From IMG/VR virus record IMGVR_UViG_3300033150_002805, positions 1 to 64,000 of that record: DNA of 64,000 bases; one strand, written 5' to 3'. Positions 55,048-64,000 of the stretch are shown one piece after another. Position numbers and translations under genes: made by a program. Under the pieces are notes generated by a model. That model was not told the origin of the DNA. It saw only the letters and a list, made by a program, of their open reading frames with translations, and did not search any database. How positions within the stretch are numbered: position 1 is the stretch's first letter; each line of letters opens with the position of its first letter. Origin of the DNA: a virus.

Positions 55048-57192
55048 ATGTTCTGGTTCAAAAGAAAAAAATACGAAATAGCATTGGGAGCAGTCCCTGA
55101 ACCCTTTGATATTCGAGACCATAGAATTGAAGAAGTATTAAGAGCTTTCCCATCTTTTGATTGGGAGAAAGGATTTGATATTGAAGAAAAATTGGGAATT
55201 AAAATACCGATTAAAAATCAGGGAAGTTCAGGAAGTTGCGTTGGGCAGGCTTGGAGTTATTATGCAGGAATTTTAGAAGCGTTTGAAATTGGGATTTATA
55301 GGGAAAAATCAGCTCGTTGGATTTATTCTCAGATTTATTTACCGAATGGAGGAGCCTATCTGAGGCAAGGTGGAAAAATATTGACTAATCAGGGAGTAGT
55401 GCCAAGCGTTCTATTTCCAGACAAAAGAACTGAAATGGAAATGCGAGAGAGAAAAGACGCTACCAAAGATTTAGAAGCAATCGCTAAAGTCTATTTGAAA
55501 GAAAATTATTTATCAATTCCAGAAAGAAATATAGATGAAATTGCCTCAATTATGGCAATGAATAATGGTTTCGTTTCAGGAGTTAAGGACGACTTCACAC
55601 AATGGAATTCCGCCTTTCCTAAAATGGGAATTAAAGATGACAATGGACACGCTTTATATTTCTGCAAAGCCAGAAAAATAAATGGCAGAAAATATCTTGG
55701 ATTTATTAATTCCTGGGGATGTTATGATAAGAGGACAGAAATTTTAACTGATAAAGGATGGAAATCCTTTGAAAATTTAGACGGAACGGAAAAAGTTGCA
55801 ACATTAAATCCAGATATTCATGAATTAGAATATCAAAAAATTAAAAAGAAATTCATTTATGATTATGATGGGTATCTTTGGCATTATAAAGCAAGAGATA
55901 TTGATTTACTGATTACTCCAAATCATAAATTATATATTCAGCCAACACGTAGAAATAAATGGTTATTATTAGAAGCAGATAAGATATGGATTAAAGGATT
56001 TAGAATGAAAAAAAATGCTAAATGGCAAGGAAGAGAAAAAAGATATTATCAGATTGGTAAAAAGAAAATTCCAATGGATTTATGGCTTGAATTTTTAGGA
56101 TATTTTATTTCAGAAGGTCATATTTCTTTTAATAAATTTTGGCGAAAAGAAAGAATTAGAAAGAGGAAATATAAAGTAAAAGGAGAATTATTAAGAGATC
56201 CTAAGACTGGAAAGTTTATTCCTTCTCCAAAAAAAAAGAAAAAGATTATAAAAGAATGCTGGGTTAAAGAAAAACCTTATAAACAATTTACTTATATAAC
56301 TGGTATCAGTCAAAAGACAAAAAATTCAAAAATAGAAAAATGCCTTTCTCGATTACCTTGGAAATTTAGTTATTATAATCATACTTTTTCTACAAACAAT
56401 AAAGATTTATATTTAGAATTAAAACCATTAGGAAAAGCTCCTCAAAAATATATTCCTAACTATATTAAACAGTTATCATCAAGACAATTAAGAATATTTT
56501 TTAAAGCCTTAATGTTAGGAGATGGAAGTGGAAACCCTTTAAAAAAATGGACTTATTATACTTCCTCTAAAAGATTAGCAAATGATGTTCAGGAAATTCT
56601 ATTAAAAATGGGTTGGGCGGGAGATATTTCTTTTACTGATAGACGAGGAAGAAAAAATAAAAAAGGAATAACAAAATTTATTGAATATAGAATTGGAATT
56701 AAAACAAAAGAATTAACTCCAGGAAAAAAATGGAAACCTAAATTAGTTCCATATAAAGGAAAAGTTTATTGTATAGAAGTTCCAAATCATTTAATTTATG
56801 TTAGAAGAAATGGAAAAGCTGTTTGGAGTGGGAATTCAGACTGGGGAGACAAAGGATGGGGATGGTTAGGAGAAGAATGGATCAATGCTGGTAGATTTTT
56901 CAATCCAAAAACAATTATGGATTTACCATCAGAAGTAGAAAGAAAAATGGAGAAACCGCATTATATCTTTAACAACAATTTAAAATATGGAATGAAGAAT
57001 AATGAAGAAGTTAAAAAACTTCAAGAATGTCTGGCTTATGAAGAATGCTTCCTTTATCCAGAATTCACTGGTAATTTTTATGGATATACATTAAGAGCAG
57101 TTCGTTGCTATCAGGCTAAATATGGCATTGAACCTATTTCAGGATTTGTAGGACCAAAAACAAGGGCAATGTTGAATAAACACTTTGCCTAA
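55048..57192 (+). CDS. Papain-like (C1) cysteine peptidase + peptidoglycan-binding domain, intein-containing; putative endolysin
   Basis: NQGSSGSCVGQA, GHAL, INSWG|SDWGDKG; C-terminal VKKLQ.CL..TGNF...T..AV..YQ..G.VGPKTRA.LN. Confidence 0.8.
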   Translation: MFWFKRKKYEIALGAVPEPFDIRDHRIEEVLRAFPSFDWEKGFDIEEKLGIKIPIKNQGSSGSCVGQAWSYYAGILEAFEIGIYREKSARWIYSQIYLPNGGAYLRQGGKILTNQGVVPSVLFPDKRTEMEMRERKDATKDLEAIAKVYLKENYLSIPERNIDEIASIMAMNNGFVSGVKDDFTQWNSAFPKMGIKDDNGHALYFCKARKINGRKYLGFINSWGCYDKRTEILTDKGWKSFENLDGTEKVATLNPDIHELEYQKIKKKFIYDYDGYLWHYKARDIDLLITPNHKLYIQPTRRNKWLLLEADKIWIKGFRMKKNAKWQGREKRYYQIGKKKIPMDLWLEFLGYFISEGHISFNKFWRKERIRKRKYKVKGELLRDPKTGKFIPSPKKKKKIIKECWVKEKPYKQFTYITGISQKTKNSKIEKCLSRLPWKFSYYNHTFSTNNKDLYLELKPLGKAPQKYIPNYIKQLSSRQLRIFFKALMLGDGSGNPLKKWTYYTSSKRLANDVQEILLKMGWAGDISFTDRRGRKNKKGITKFIEYRIGIKTKELTPGKKWKPKLVPYKGKVYCIEVPNHLIYVRRNGKAVWSGNSDWGDKGWGWLGEEWINAGRFFNPKTIMDLPSEVERKMEKPHYIFNNNLKYGMKNNEEVKKLQECLAYEECFLYPEFTGNFYGYTLRAVRCYQAKYGIEPISGFVGPKTRAMLNKHFA
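55720..56835 (+). mobile_element. Intein (372 aa) with LAGLIDADG endonuclease
   Basis: CYDKRTEILT start, ITPNHK block B, FLGYFISEG, LMLGDG, VYCIEVPNH..VWSGN|S end. Confidence 0.9.
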
Positions 57193-57269
57193 TGCCCAAA
57201 GGAATTTAATGAAATTTCTTAAATTAATAATCCAAATAATATAAAATAACCTTAATACTCAATTAAACA

Positions 57270-57485
57270 ATGATTAAATATTTTTGTGATAAATGTGGTG
57301 AAGAGATAAAACAAGGTTCAGATTCTGGACATTTTGTTTATCTTTCAAAAGAGATTGCACTTGATCCAAAGACTAAACGATTAAGTTCTGGATTAAAATC
57401 TCGGGAATTTCAATTATGCGAAAAACATGGTAAAGAAATTTTGGAATTCATTCAGAATAAAGATAAAAAATTAAAGGTCGAATAA
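57270..57485 (+). CDS. Small Zn-binding hypothetical protein
   Basis: FCDKCG...LCEKH. Confidence 0.6.
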   Translation: MIKYFCDKCGEEIKQGSDSGHFVYLSKEIALDPKTKRLSSGLKSREFQLCEKHGKEILEFIQNKDKKLKVE

Positions 57486-57513
57486 TTTTAAAATAAAGAG
57501 ATTCCTATATAAT

Positions 57514-57978
57514 TTGGGCTATCCTAAACGATCCACTCTGGGACGTGTATCTTGTCGTCCTAAAGAATTTGATTCAGATATTTTCCCAAGACCAAACTTT
57601 AAATGTAATGAAGATTGTCCCTATTATATATTCTGTAAAATGGAAGTAAGCAAAACAACTTTACAAGATAGAATAAGAAAACTAAGACTTTCATTGCAAA
57701 GACCATATCATCTATTTTCTGCTATGGAAAATGGAGATATTTATTTAGTTTTTGAAAATGACAAGGGAGAAAGAATTTCTTTTCGGGAAAAGACAATCGC
57801 TGGCTGTGTTAAAAAAGCCGAAGATTATTTAGAAGCATCAAAAATTAGAGCTGGGCAGCAAAAAAAATTGGAAGAAAAGAAGGAAATAGAAAAAGAAAAA
57901 ACAGATGAAAAGATAAAGGTAGAAACAAATATTCGTGATGATAGAGGAAAAAAATTCTCAGATTCAGATTCAGATTAG
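57514..57978 (+). CDS. Hypothetical protein (start uncertain, possibly ATG at 57640)
   Basis: ORF track. Confidence 0.5.
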   Translation: MGYPKRSTLGRVSCRPKEFDSDIFPRPNFKCNEDCPYYIFCKMEVSKTTLQDRIRKLRLSLQRPYHLFSAMENGDIYLVFENDKGERISFREKTIAGCVKKAEDYLEASKIRAGQQKKLEEKKEIEKEKTDEKIKVETNIRDDRGKKFSDSDSD

Positions 57979-58042
57979 AATTTATTGATATATTTCACTT
58001 GGGTTAGTCTTAGTATTGTCTTAAAACTTTTTTTTGAGTAAG

Positions 58043-58075
58043 AAAAGAGCTTCTTCGAGGAAGAGGCTCTTTTTT
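58043..58075. terminator. Bidirectional intrinsic terminator at a convergence point
   Basis: AAAAGAGCTTCTT..AAGAGGCTCTTTTTT. Confidence 0.7.
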
Positions 58076-58110
58076 GAACCTGGGTTCACTTGAATTATTC
58101 TAAATAAAAT

Positions 58111-58257
58111 CTAATCTTTTGTCAGAAAACATTGATTTAAACCATATAAAATAAGAATTACTCCTAAAGCAACTTTAATACTAAAAACATCTGCTACAAG
58201 AAAAAGTCCAACAACTGCAAGTAAGAATTTATAAACAAATGATAGAAAAGATTTCAT
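58111..58257 (-). CDS. 48-aa two-TM membrane protein (below cutoff)
   Basis: MKSFLSFVYKFLLAVVGLFLVADVFSIKVALGVILILYGLNQCFLTKD. Confidence 0.4.
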   Translation of the reverse strand: MKSFLSFVYKFLLAVVGLFLVADVFSIKVALGVILILYGLNQCFLTKD

Positions 58258-58315
58258 AATTCCATGTCAACCGAATGGTTAACATAGTTAATTCTTATTA
58301 TCGACCTTTGATAGT

Positions 58316-58516
58316 TTATTTTGATTCCTCTTTTTTCAGTTCTTCGTTTTCTTTAATCAATTCATTAAGCATTTCAATTTTTCCTTTCAATTCCGTTATC
58401 TCAGAAGCAAGTTGATTTCTGATATTTTCAGTATTTTGGAATTGCTGAAGTTTTTGTTGAAGTTTAGTCCGAAGAATCTCTTGTTTTTGTTTTAATTTTT
58501 CCTTTAAATTCTCCAT
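58316..58516 (-). CDS. Small coiled-coil protein
   Basis: ORF track. Confidence 0.6.
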   Translation of the reverse strand: MENLKEKLKQKQEILRTKLQQKLQQFQNTENIRNQLASEITELKGKIEMLNELIKENEELKKEESK

Positions 58517-58552
58517 TATTTCAAAATATCAAATATTAAATATTTGTCAAAT

Positions 58553-58831
58553 TTAGTCAGTCAAAAGAAAAACAATTAAACCTGTCATAATAGAAAGTAA
58601 AGCACCAATAACTAAAGAAAAAAGCCAAGTTGGACGTCTATTTAAACTATTTTCTATTTTACTCAAAACTGTTTTTGACTCCTCAAATTCTTTTTTAAGC
58701 CAACAAAGATCTTTCTTTATTTTAGCCATTTCAATTTTAACCCCTCCCAATTCCTCATTGATTACACTCAAACGATATTCCATCTGATTTAATATTTCAT
58801 TTTTTTGTTTATTTAAGTAACTTCCAGACAT
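58553..58831 (-). CDS. Coiled-coil + C-terminal TM protein (XhlA-like)
   Basis: Heptad N-terminus, RPTWLFSLVIGALLSIMTGLIV. Confidence 0.55.
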   Translation of the reverse strand: MSGSYLNKQKNEILNQMEYRLSVINEELGGVKIEMAKIKKDLCWLKKEFEESKTVLSKIENSLNRRPTWLFSLVIGALLSIMTGLIVFLLTD

Positions 58832-58885
58832 ATTTAATTATTTTAATCTATCAAAGATTAAGGGTCAAGATTTCTTTTCTTCTCA

Positions 58886-61800
58886 TTATATTGCTTCTGC
58901 TGTTACCTTATACCAGTTGGTGCCATTGCTAAAAACCATATCTTGTTGAGTAGTATCAAAATACACAAAACCTTTATAATCAGATGCATTTCCTGGTGGG
59001 CTACTTAACTGACGAAGACCCAATGGCATCCACATATCAAATCCTTTGCTAGTTAATTGAACATAATCCGATCCTGCTCTTTTGATATATTTATCTGCTC
59101 CTATATCTATATCTCCCGAGACGTCTATATTGCCTGATACGTCTATATTTCCTGAAAGATAAAGATTTTGCCATTTATAGGAAGAAGAACCTAGATCGTA
59201 GTTATCTGTAACATAAGGAAGTAAAGAATTAGCAAATTTATTACCACAGATTGAAAGATTAGAAGTCGGACCTCCTATTGTTAAAAAATCACTATCTTCT
59301 TGAGTTGAAATTATTAACCCCCCTCCCACTTCTCCCACGATTGCTGCTAAATCGGCATCCCCAGAAGAAACCCAAACTAGTGCATCTGGAAAATGTGGAA
59401 CTCCTGTTTCCCGAATTTCTAATCTAAAATTCCCAGCAGATGCGGTTCTCAGTAGTGTTCCAGTTATAGTGCCTCCAGTTATAGTTGAGGCAGTGATATC
59501 ACCACTGAAAGTGGCATCACCTGTGTTATCTACTGCAAAAGTTGTATTTCCTGCCTTTTTTCCTAAAATTCCAGTTGGAGAAAGCCATAAACCATTATTG
59601 GCATCAGTTTTTATTGCTATCGCTCCAGAATCCTGAAATTGAAATTCAGCAAGAATTCTTTGGGTTTGGGTATTCAATTTGCTACTTATCAATTCAGTAG
59701 TTAGGTTTCCTGAACTATCTAAGCTATCATAAGCTCTTGTTGCACCCTCTCTCTGTATTTCTGGCTCAACAGCAGTTTGTTTCGCATTTATTATTGCTGA
59801 ACCTTCGGTATTATCATTTTTCGCACCAGTACTTATCAATATCTGTGATTCTGGATTAAGATATAATTCATAATAATCTCCATTAGAAATAGCGTAAGGC
59901 AAAGCATCAAAATGCAAAGTATCATCACTAGCTGTAAAATCAGTAATCGTTCTTGTAAGTCCCATATTATCTCCAGAAAGTATTTTTAATTCATAACCAT
60001 TCCAAAAATCATCTGTTTCATTTAAAGCACTATCTCTTAAGCTGGTGGTAGAACCAGAATCGGCCTGAACGCCTCTTTTACTCAGTTTAGTAGTTTTTCT
60101 TAAGACAAGTTTGTATATTTCATAAGAACAATTGGAATCAGTTGTGTTAAAAGGATCATGTCCTTCAACTATTATCTCATGCTCATAGTTTTGAGCGATA
60201 ATATGCTTCTCTGGTTTTGAATCTGGGTTTACCCAAAGAACATAACCCCTCCATTGATCTTTTTTCCAATCAGCACTTGTATCTACTAAACTATTCTCAC
60301 CTGCTTTCACCGAACCAGTTCCACTTTCTTCTGGAGAAGAACCAACATCCTTTCCACACCAAACATTTTTCTCATCCAAGTATAAATAATAAGTAGTACC
60401 AGAAGTCATTGTACCCGTGCTACCAGACTCTATCACTCGATAAACTCCATTTGGTAGTTGAAAAGTTCCTCCTGTCCAGTCTATTTGATCATTGGAAGGA
60501 GCAGAAAACTGAATATCTTCTGTTATCCAATGTAATGCACCAGGTTCTAATCTTGATGCATCTATTCTGGTTATTATATTTCCAAACCAAGTTAATTGTC
60601 TATCAATATATTCTCTATCTGTTTCCACTTGAGTACTTAAATCTGGTCTTGGTTTTGATAGTTCTAAAACTGCTTCTCTTGGTGCAAGTGTAATTTTATG
60701 AATTACCAAAACATCATCGGGAAATAATGAAGTATTTTTGGTATCTCTTATGTTAATAACATCACCTAATTTTAAACTTAAAATATCAAAATTGGTATCC
60801 GAGACTGTAACGGTTATTTCGGCTTTCAAATCTTTCGCTTCTTTTAATCTGGCTTGAGCCAATAATTCAGCTTGAGTATAAGTAGAGACTTTGGAATCAG
60901 TAATTCTATCAGCAACTCTATCATATTTTTCTTGAGAATCTGAATCTTCTGCGGTCATCAAGACTTTTTCTCCAGTTCTTCCTTGTTCATTCCAGAAATA
61001 AACTGTATTAACCAAACTTTCAATATTCTTTCTCATTGACAAGTTGGTAATATGCTTATTTATCTGTAAGATATGATCAGCAGTAGTTGAAAGTGTTTTT
61101 AATCTAAATCTTGATTTCCCAGTGGTATCATCCTCATCCAAATAATAATACCAAAAATCTCCAGTTGCTTGATTCTTTGACAAAAATTTTCCTATCTCTT
61201 TGATCGCTTCTAAGTGTTTAAAATTGAAATATCTATATGGAATATTCCCTAATGCCGAAGTATCTTCAATATAATCAGTATCAGACCAGTATGAATCTGG
61301 ATCATCTATCATACATGGACCATAATCTCCATAGGTAGCATTTATGCTATCTCTATAATTTTCCAATATTTTCTTTATATGTTGATCTATCTTTTGATTT
61401 TCAACTTCAAAGGCTAAATATTCTCCTGTTTGTTGCAAGAAATCATTTTGTAATTTAGAAACAGCACCCAAACAAGTAATAGCAGTCCTTTCTTCTCCTG
61501 CTTGAATAGTTGGATCAATTGAACTAATATAGCCATAATAAACCAATTTGGGATCTGAATTCCATTTGTTTCTAAAATAAATTCTGATTTTGCTATTTAA
61601 TGAAATATCAGAAGCCAAATCATCAATTTTGTCTTTCAAAGTAATCGTTACTGGTCCTGAACCAGAATACAGAGTTTTTTCTATTGAAACATCACTTAAA
61701 GCTTCATTCAAATTTCTCTGATAGACATCATCTTTATCATAGAGTTTAATAAGAACTTTTCTTTCTATCAAAATACTCTCACTACTTGAGGAATAACTTG

Positions 61801-64000
61801 AAAAACTTGAAAAACTGCTACTACTCGAACTAAAACTCGAAGAAGAACTACTACTAGAAGAAAAACTCAAGGATGAGGAAGAAAAAGAACTTGAACTAGA
61901 ACTGCTAGATGAAAAAGAAGAACTACCAGATGAGAAAGAAGAACTACTAGATGAAAAAGAATAACTGCTACTAGATGAGGAAGAAAAAGAACTTGAGGAA
62001 GAACTTGAGGAAACAGCAGAAAGATAATTTAAATAATCCCATAATGATTTACTATTTTGGTTACTGCCAGCACTCCAATCACCGAATATTATCTTATTAT
62101 CCGTTGAAGATTCAGTCATTGTTCCTGAAAGCCTCTCAATTCCATCGACATAAACTTTGATTGATGTATTCTGAACATCAATTCGATAAGTATGATAATC
62201 ATTGGTTGTATCCATCAAATAAGAATTCCCATCAAAAGCTAACTTTATTTTTCCTTTTTCAAACAACAAAAATTCTTTATAACTTCCATCTGCCCAAAGA
62301 ATTCCCAAACCGTTACCAATATCTCCAGCAGGGGTATCAGTATGAACCTTTATTCTTGCTTCTATAAGATAACCTGCTGAAGCATTAAAACCAACATTAT
62401 CTTGAGTATAGAAGCAGTAATCAGTTTCTCCAGTAGTTGTATCAAGTGTGAAAATATTGCCATCAGAGCTATGAATCGGACTTCCTGCTTGATCTCTTGT
62501 CCAATCATAATTGCCTCCTGAATCTGGTTCCGCAGCTCCATCATATTCCTTAGTCCAAGAAACTGAAGAACTGCTAGAAGAACTGCTAAAAGAGGAACTA
62601 CTGCTTAAACAAGAAGAAGAAGAACTGCTGGAACTTGAACTAAATGAAGAACTGGAACTACTAGAAGAAAAACTTGATGAACTACTACTCGAAAGACTGC
62701 TACTAGAACTGCTAAAACTAGATGAACTGCTTGAAAAAGAAGAACTACTAGAACTACTGGAAGAAGAAAATGAAGAACTGCTAGAACTAAAGGACGATGA
62801 AGAACTGCTAGAACTTGAAAAACTAGATGAAGATGAACTACTCGAGGAACTACTTGATGATGAAGAAAAACTAGAACTACTGGAACTTGAAAAACTACTG
62901 GAAGATGAGAAACTTGATGAGGAAAATGAACTTGAAGAACTAGAACTACTAAAACTAGAAGAACTAGAACTAGAACTTGAGGAAAAACTGGAGCTAGAAG
63001 AAAAACTTAAACTAAAGCTGGATGAACTAGAAGATGAGTTTGATAAACTCGAACTAGAGGATGAGCTGGATGAATAAGGTTCTTCGGCAATATGGTCAAA
63101 GTAAGTAGTAACAGTCCCAGTTGGGGCATACAATCTAACTCTATTAGGACCTGTTGCCCAAGTCGTCCCTGGGGTTTGCCAATCTGTCCAGTCATCATCA
63201 TCTACCTTCACTCTGAACTTTTTATCAGGCGAGCTTCTCCATTCTATCTGAATACAATGCCAAGTGTTAGCAGAATAAGGTCCATATTGAAGGTCGCCAC
63301 CACTACGACTGACATAAATATAACCACTGCTTTCAAGATAGGTTCCTGCTACTAAGTTGGTGCTATTTTCAAATAAAGTAAAGAATCCTCCTGTTACACC
63401 ATTACTGGTTTGCCTAACATAAAAGGTAATTTTTCCTGTGGCAAGCTGATTTCCTGATTTATAAATTACATTCCCAGTCGGATTCACTATTTCAACCGCT
63501 TTTGCCCCTTCTTTAACAACAACTCCCTGTACATCAAATTTGGTATCTCCGCTCCAACCTCCTTGTCCATTCAAATCCCCGTCATTATAGGAATTAAAAT
63601 TGTCGGAAAATATTGGTGAAAGTGGATAAGGATATTCAGCAATGTAGTCGATGTAAAAATTTCCTGCTGGGTTTTGTGTATTCAATAGTATTTTATCAAG
63701 CCCATTCGTCCAAGTAGCATAAGGATTATACCAATTTGTCCAAGTTCCTTCGTTTATTCTTGCTCTTACCGTATGATTGGTGCTTTCCCATTCTATTTCA
63801 CACTCATACCAAGTATTGGCTGAGTAAGATTTAATAGATTGCCAACCACCGTTTCCATAAATATAAATATTTCCATCATCACCAAAATACAACCTAACAC
63901 ACCTTGTTGTTCCCTCATATAACTGAAATTCAAACCTCGCATTGGTCTGTGCAGGTCTAATATAAAATGTAACTCTTCCATCGTTTGTTGATGTTCCAGT
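58886..64000 (-). CDS. Large tail/baseplate-hub protein with lectin-like beta modules and two poly-serine tracts (5' end outside the window)
   Basis: Frame open to 64000; repeated FSDNF..G.LNGQGGW / YSANTW..IEW modules; hub-like YYGYI..., DSQEKY, LKLGDVI; YDLGSSSYKWQNLY fibre motif. Confidence 0.8.
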   Translation of the reverse strand, partial: TGTSTNDGRVTFYIRPAQTNARFEFQLYEGTTRCVRLYFGDDGNIYIYGNGGWQSIKSYSANTWYECEIEWESTNHTVRARINEGTWTNWYNPYATWTNGLDKILLNTQNPAGNFYIDYIAEYPYPLSPIFSDNFNSYNDGDLNGQGGWSGDTKFDVQGVVVKEGAKAVEIVNPTGNVIYKSGNQLATGKITFYVRQTSNGVTGGFFTLFENSTNLVAGTYLESSGYIYVSRSGGDLQYGPYSANTWHCIQIEWRSSPDKKFRVKVDDDDWTDWQTPGTTWATGPNRVRLYAPTGTVTTYFDHIAEEPYSSSSSSSSSLSNSSSSSSSFSLSFSSSSSFSSSSSSSSSSFSSSSSSSSFSSSSFSSSSSFSSSSSSSFSSSSSSSSSSSSSSSFSSSSSSSSSFSSSSSSFSSSSSSSSSSFSSSSSSFSSSSSSLSSSSSSSFSSSSSSSSFSSSSSSSSSSCLSSSSSFSSSSSSSSVSWTKEYDGAAEPDSGGNYDWTRDQAGSPIHSSDGNIFTLDTTTGETDYCFYTQDNVGFNASAGYLIEARIKVHTDTPAGDIGNGLGILWADGSYKEFLLFEKGKIKLAFDGNSYLMDTTNDYHTYRIDVQNTSIKVYVDGIERLSGTMTESSTDNKIIFGDWSAGSNQNSKSLWDYLNYLSAVSSSSSSSSFSSSSSSSYSFSSSSSSFSSGSSSFSSSSSSSSSFSSSSLSFSSSSSSSSSFSSSSSSFSSFSSYSSSSESILIERKVLIKLYDKDDVYQRNLNEALSDVSIEKTLYSGSGPVTITLKDKIDDLASDISLNSKIRIYFRNKWNSDPKLVYYGYISSIDPTIQAGEERTAITCLGAVSKLQNDFLQQTGEYLAFEVENQKIDQHIKKILENYRDSINATYGDYGPCMIDDPDSYWSDTDYIEDTSALGNIPYRYFNFKHLEAIKEIGKFLSKNQATGDFWYYYLDEDDTTGKSRFRLKTLSTTADHILQINKHITNLSMRKNIESLVNTVYFWNEQGRTGEKVLMTAEDSDSQEKYDRVADRITDSKVSTYTQAELLAQARLKEAKDLKAEITVTVSDTNFDILSLKLGDVINIRDTKNTSLFPDDVLVIHKITLAPREAVLELSKPRPDLSTQVETDREYIDRQLTWFGNIITRIDASRLEPGALHWITEDIQFSAPSNDQIDWTGGTFQLPNGVYRVIESGSTGTMTSGTTYYLYLDEKNVWCGKDVGSSPEESGTGSVKAGENSLVDTSADWKKDQWRGYVLWVNPDSKPEKHIIAQNYEHEIIVEGHDPFNTTDSNCSYEIYKLVLRKTTKLSKRGVQADSGSTTSLRDSALNETDDFWNGYELKILSGDNMGLTRTITDFTASDDTLHFDALPYAISNGDYYELYLNPESQILISTGAKNDNTEGSAIINAKQTAVEPEIQREGATRAYDSLDSSGNLTTELISSKLNTQTQRILAEFQFQDSGAIAIKTDANNGLWLSPTGILGKKAGNTTFAVDNTGDATFSGDITASTITGGTITGTLLRTASAGNFRLEIRETGVPHFPDALVWVSSGDADLAAIVGEVGGGLIISTQEDSDFLTIGGPTSNLSICGNKFANSLLPYVTDNYDLGSSSYKWQNLYLSGNIDVSGNIDVSGDIDIGADKYIKRAGSDYVQLTSKGFDMWMPLGLRQLSSPPGNASDYKGFVYFDTTQQDMVFSNGTNWYKVTAEAI
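61778..62012 (-). repeat. Poly-serine tract 2 (~75 codons)
   Basis: Direct translation. Confidence 0.95.
62556..63075 (-). repeat. Poly-serine tract 1 (~170 codons, punctuated by F/L)
   Basis: Direct translation; mixed TCN/AGY codons. Confidence 0.95.

Noticed and set aside
62511-63077. 188-aa E/L-rich plus-strand ORF
   Set aside because: Antisense shadow of the poly-Ser codons; bounded exactly by the tract
1-64000. Diversity-generating retroelement, retron or CRISPR-Cas system
   Set aside because: No reverse transcriptase, cas gene, TR/VR pair or repeat-spacer array seen in the window
1-64000. Stop-codon reassignment
   Set aside because: Long genes are intact under the standard code and TAA, TAG and TGA all terminate tightly packed genes

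Overview
AT-rich (roughly 28-30% GC by eye) 64-kb segment of a tailed bacteriophage genome, standard genetic code, open at both ends. A minus-strand late block (1-27 kb) holds a portal, a 1566-aa multi-enzyme DNA-end-repair polyprotein, a double prohead protease/scaffold, a capsid decoration protein with a poly-Ser tail, and a Mu-gpT-like major capsid gene split by a group I intron. It continues directly into a 13-gene glycan cluster (ADP-heptose pathway, GT9/GT8/GT2 glycosyltransferases, LicD, methyltransferases) and a DUF2341/LamG gene. A plus-strand early block (27-47 kb) has many small genes, a replication initiator, homing endonucleases, DNA methyltransferases and a non-autonomous IS200/IS605 TnpB element. 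Terminase genes lie at 47-49 kb and lysis genes at 52-57 kb (holin, lytic transglycosylase, intein-containing papain-like endolysin). The window ends in a very large tail protein with two long poly-serine tracts. Best candidates for new biology: (1) a phage-encoded heptose/phospho-alcohol O-glycosylation system acting on poly-Ser tracts of virion proteins; (2) a head-module LigD-like repair polyprotein with putative protease sites between its domains; (3) a genome-wide 14-bp palindrome TGAACCnnGGTTCA; (4) several structured RNAs and a cassette-like early gene array. Sigma70 promoters and a peptidoglycan-binding lysin indicate a bacterial host; the scarcity of Shine-Dalgarno sequences is compatible with Patescibacteria or a similar lineage (weak inference). 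All family calls are motif recognition by eye, not database searches.
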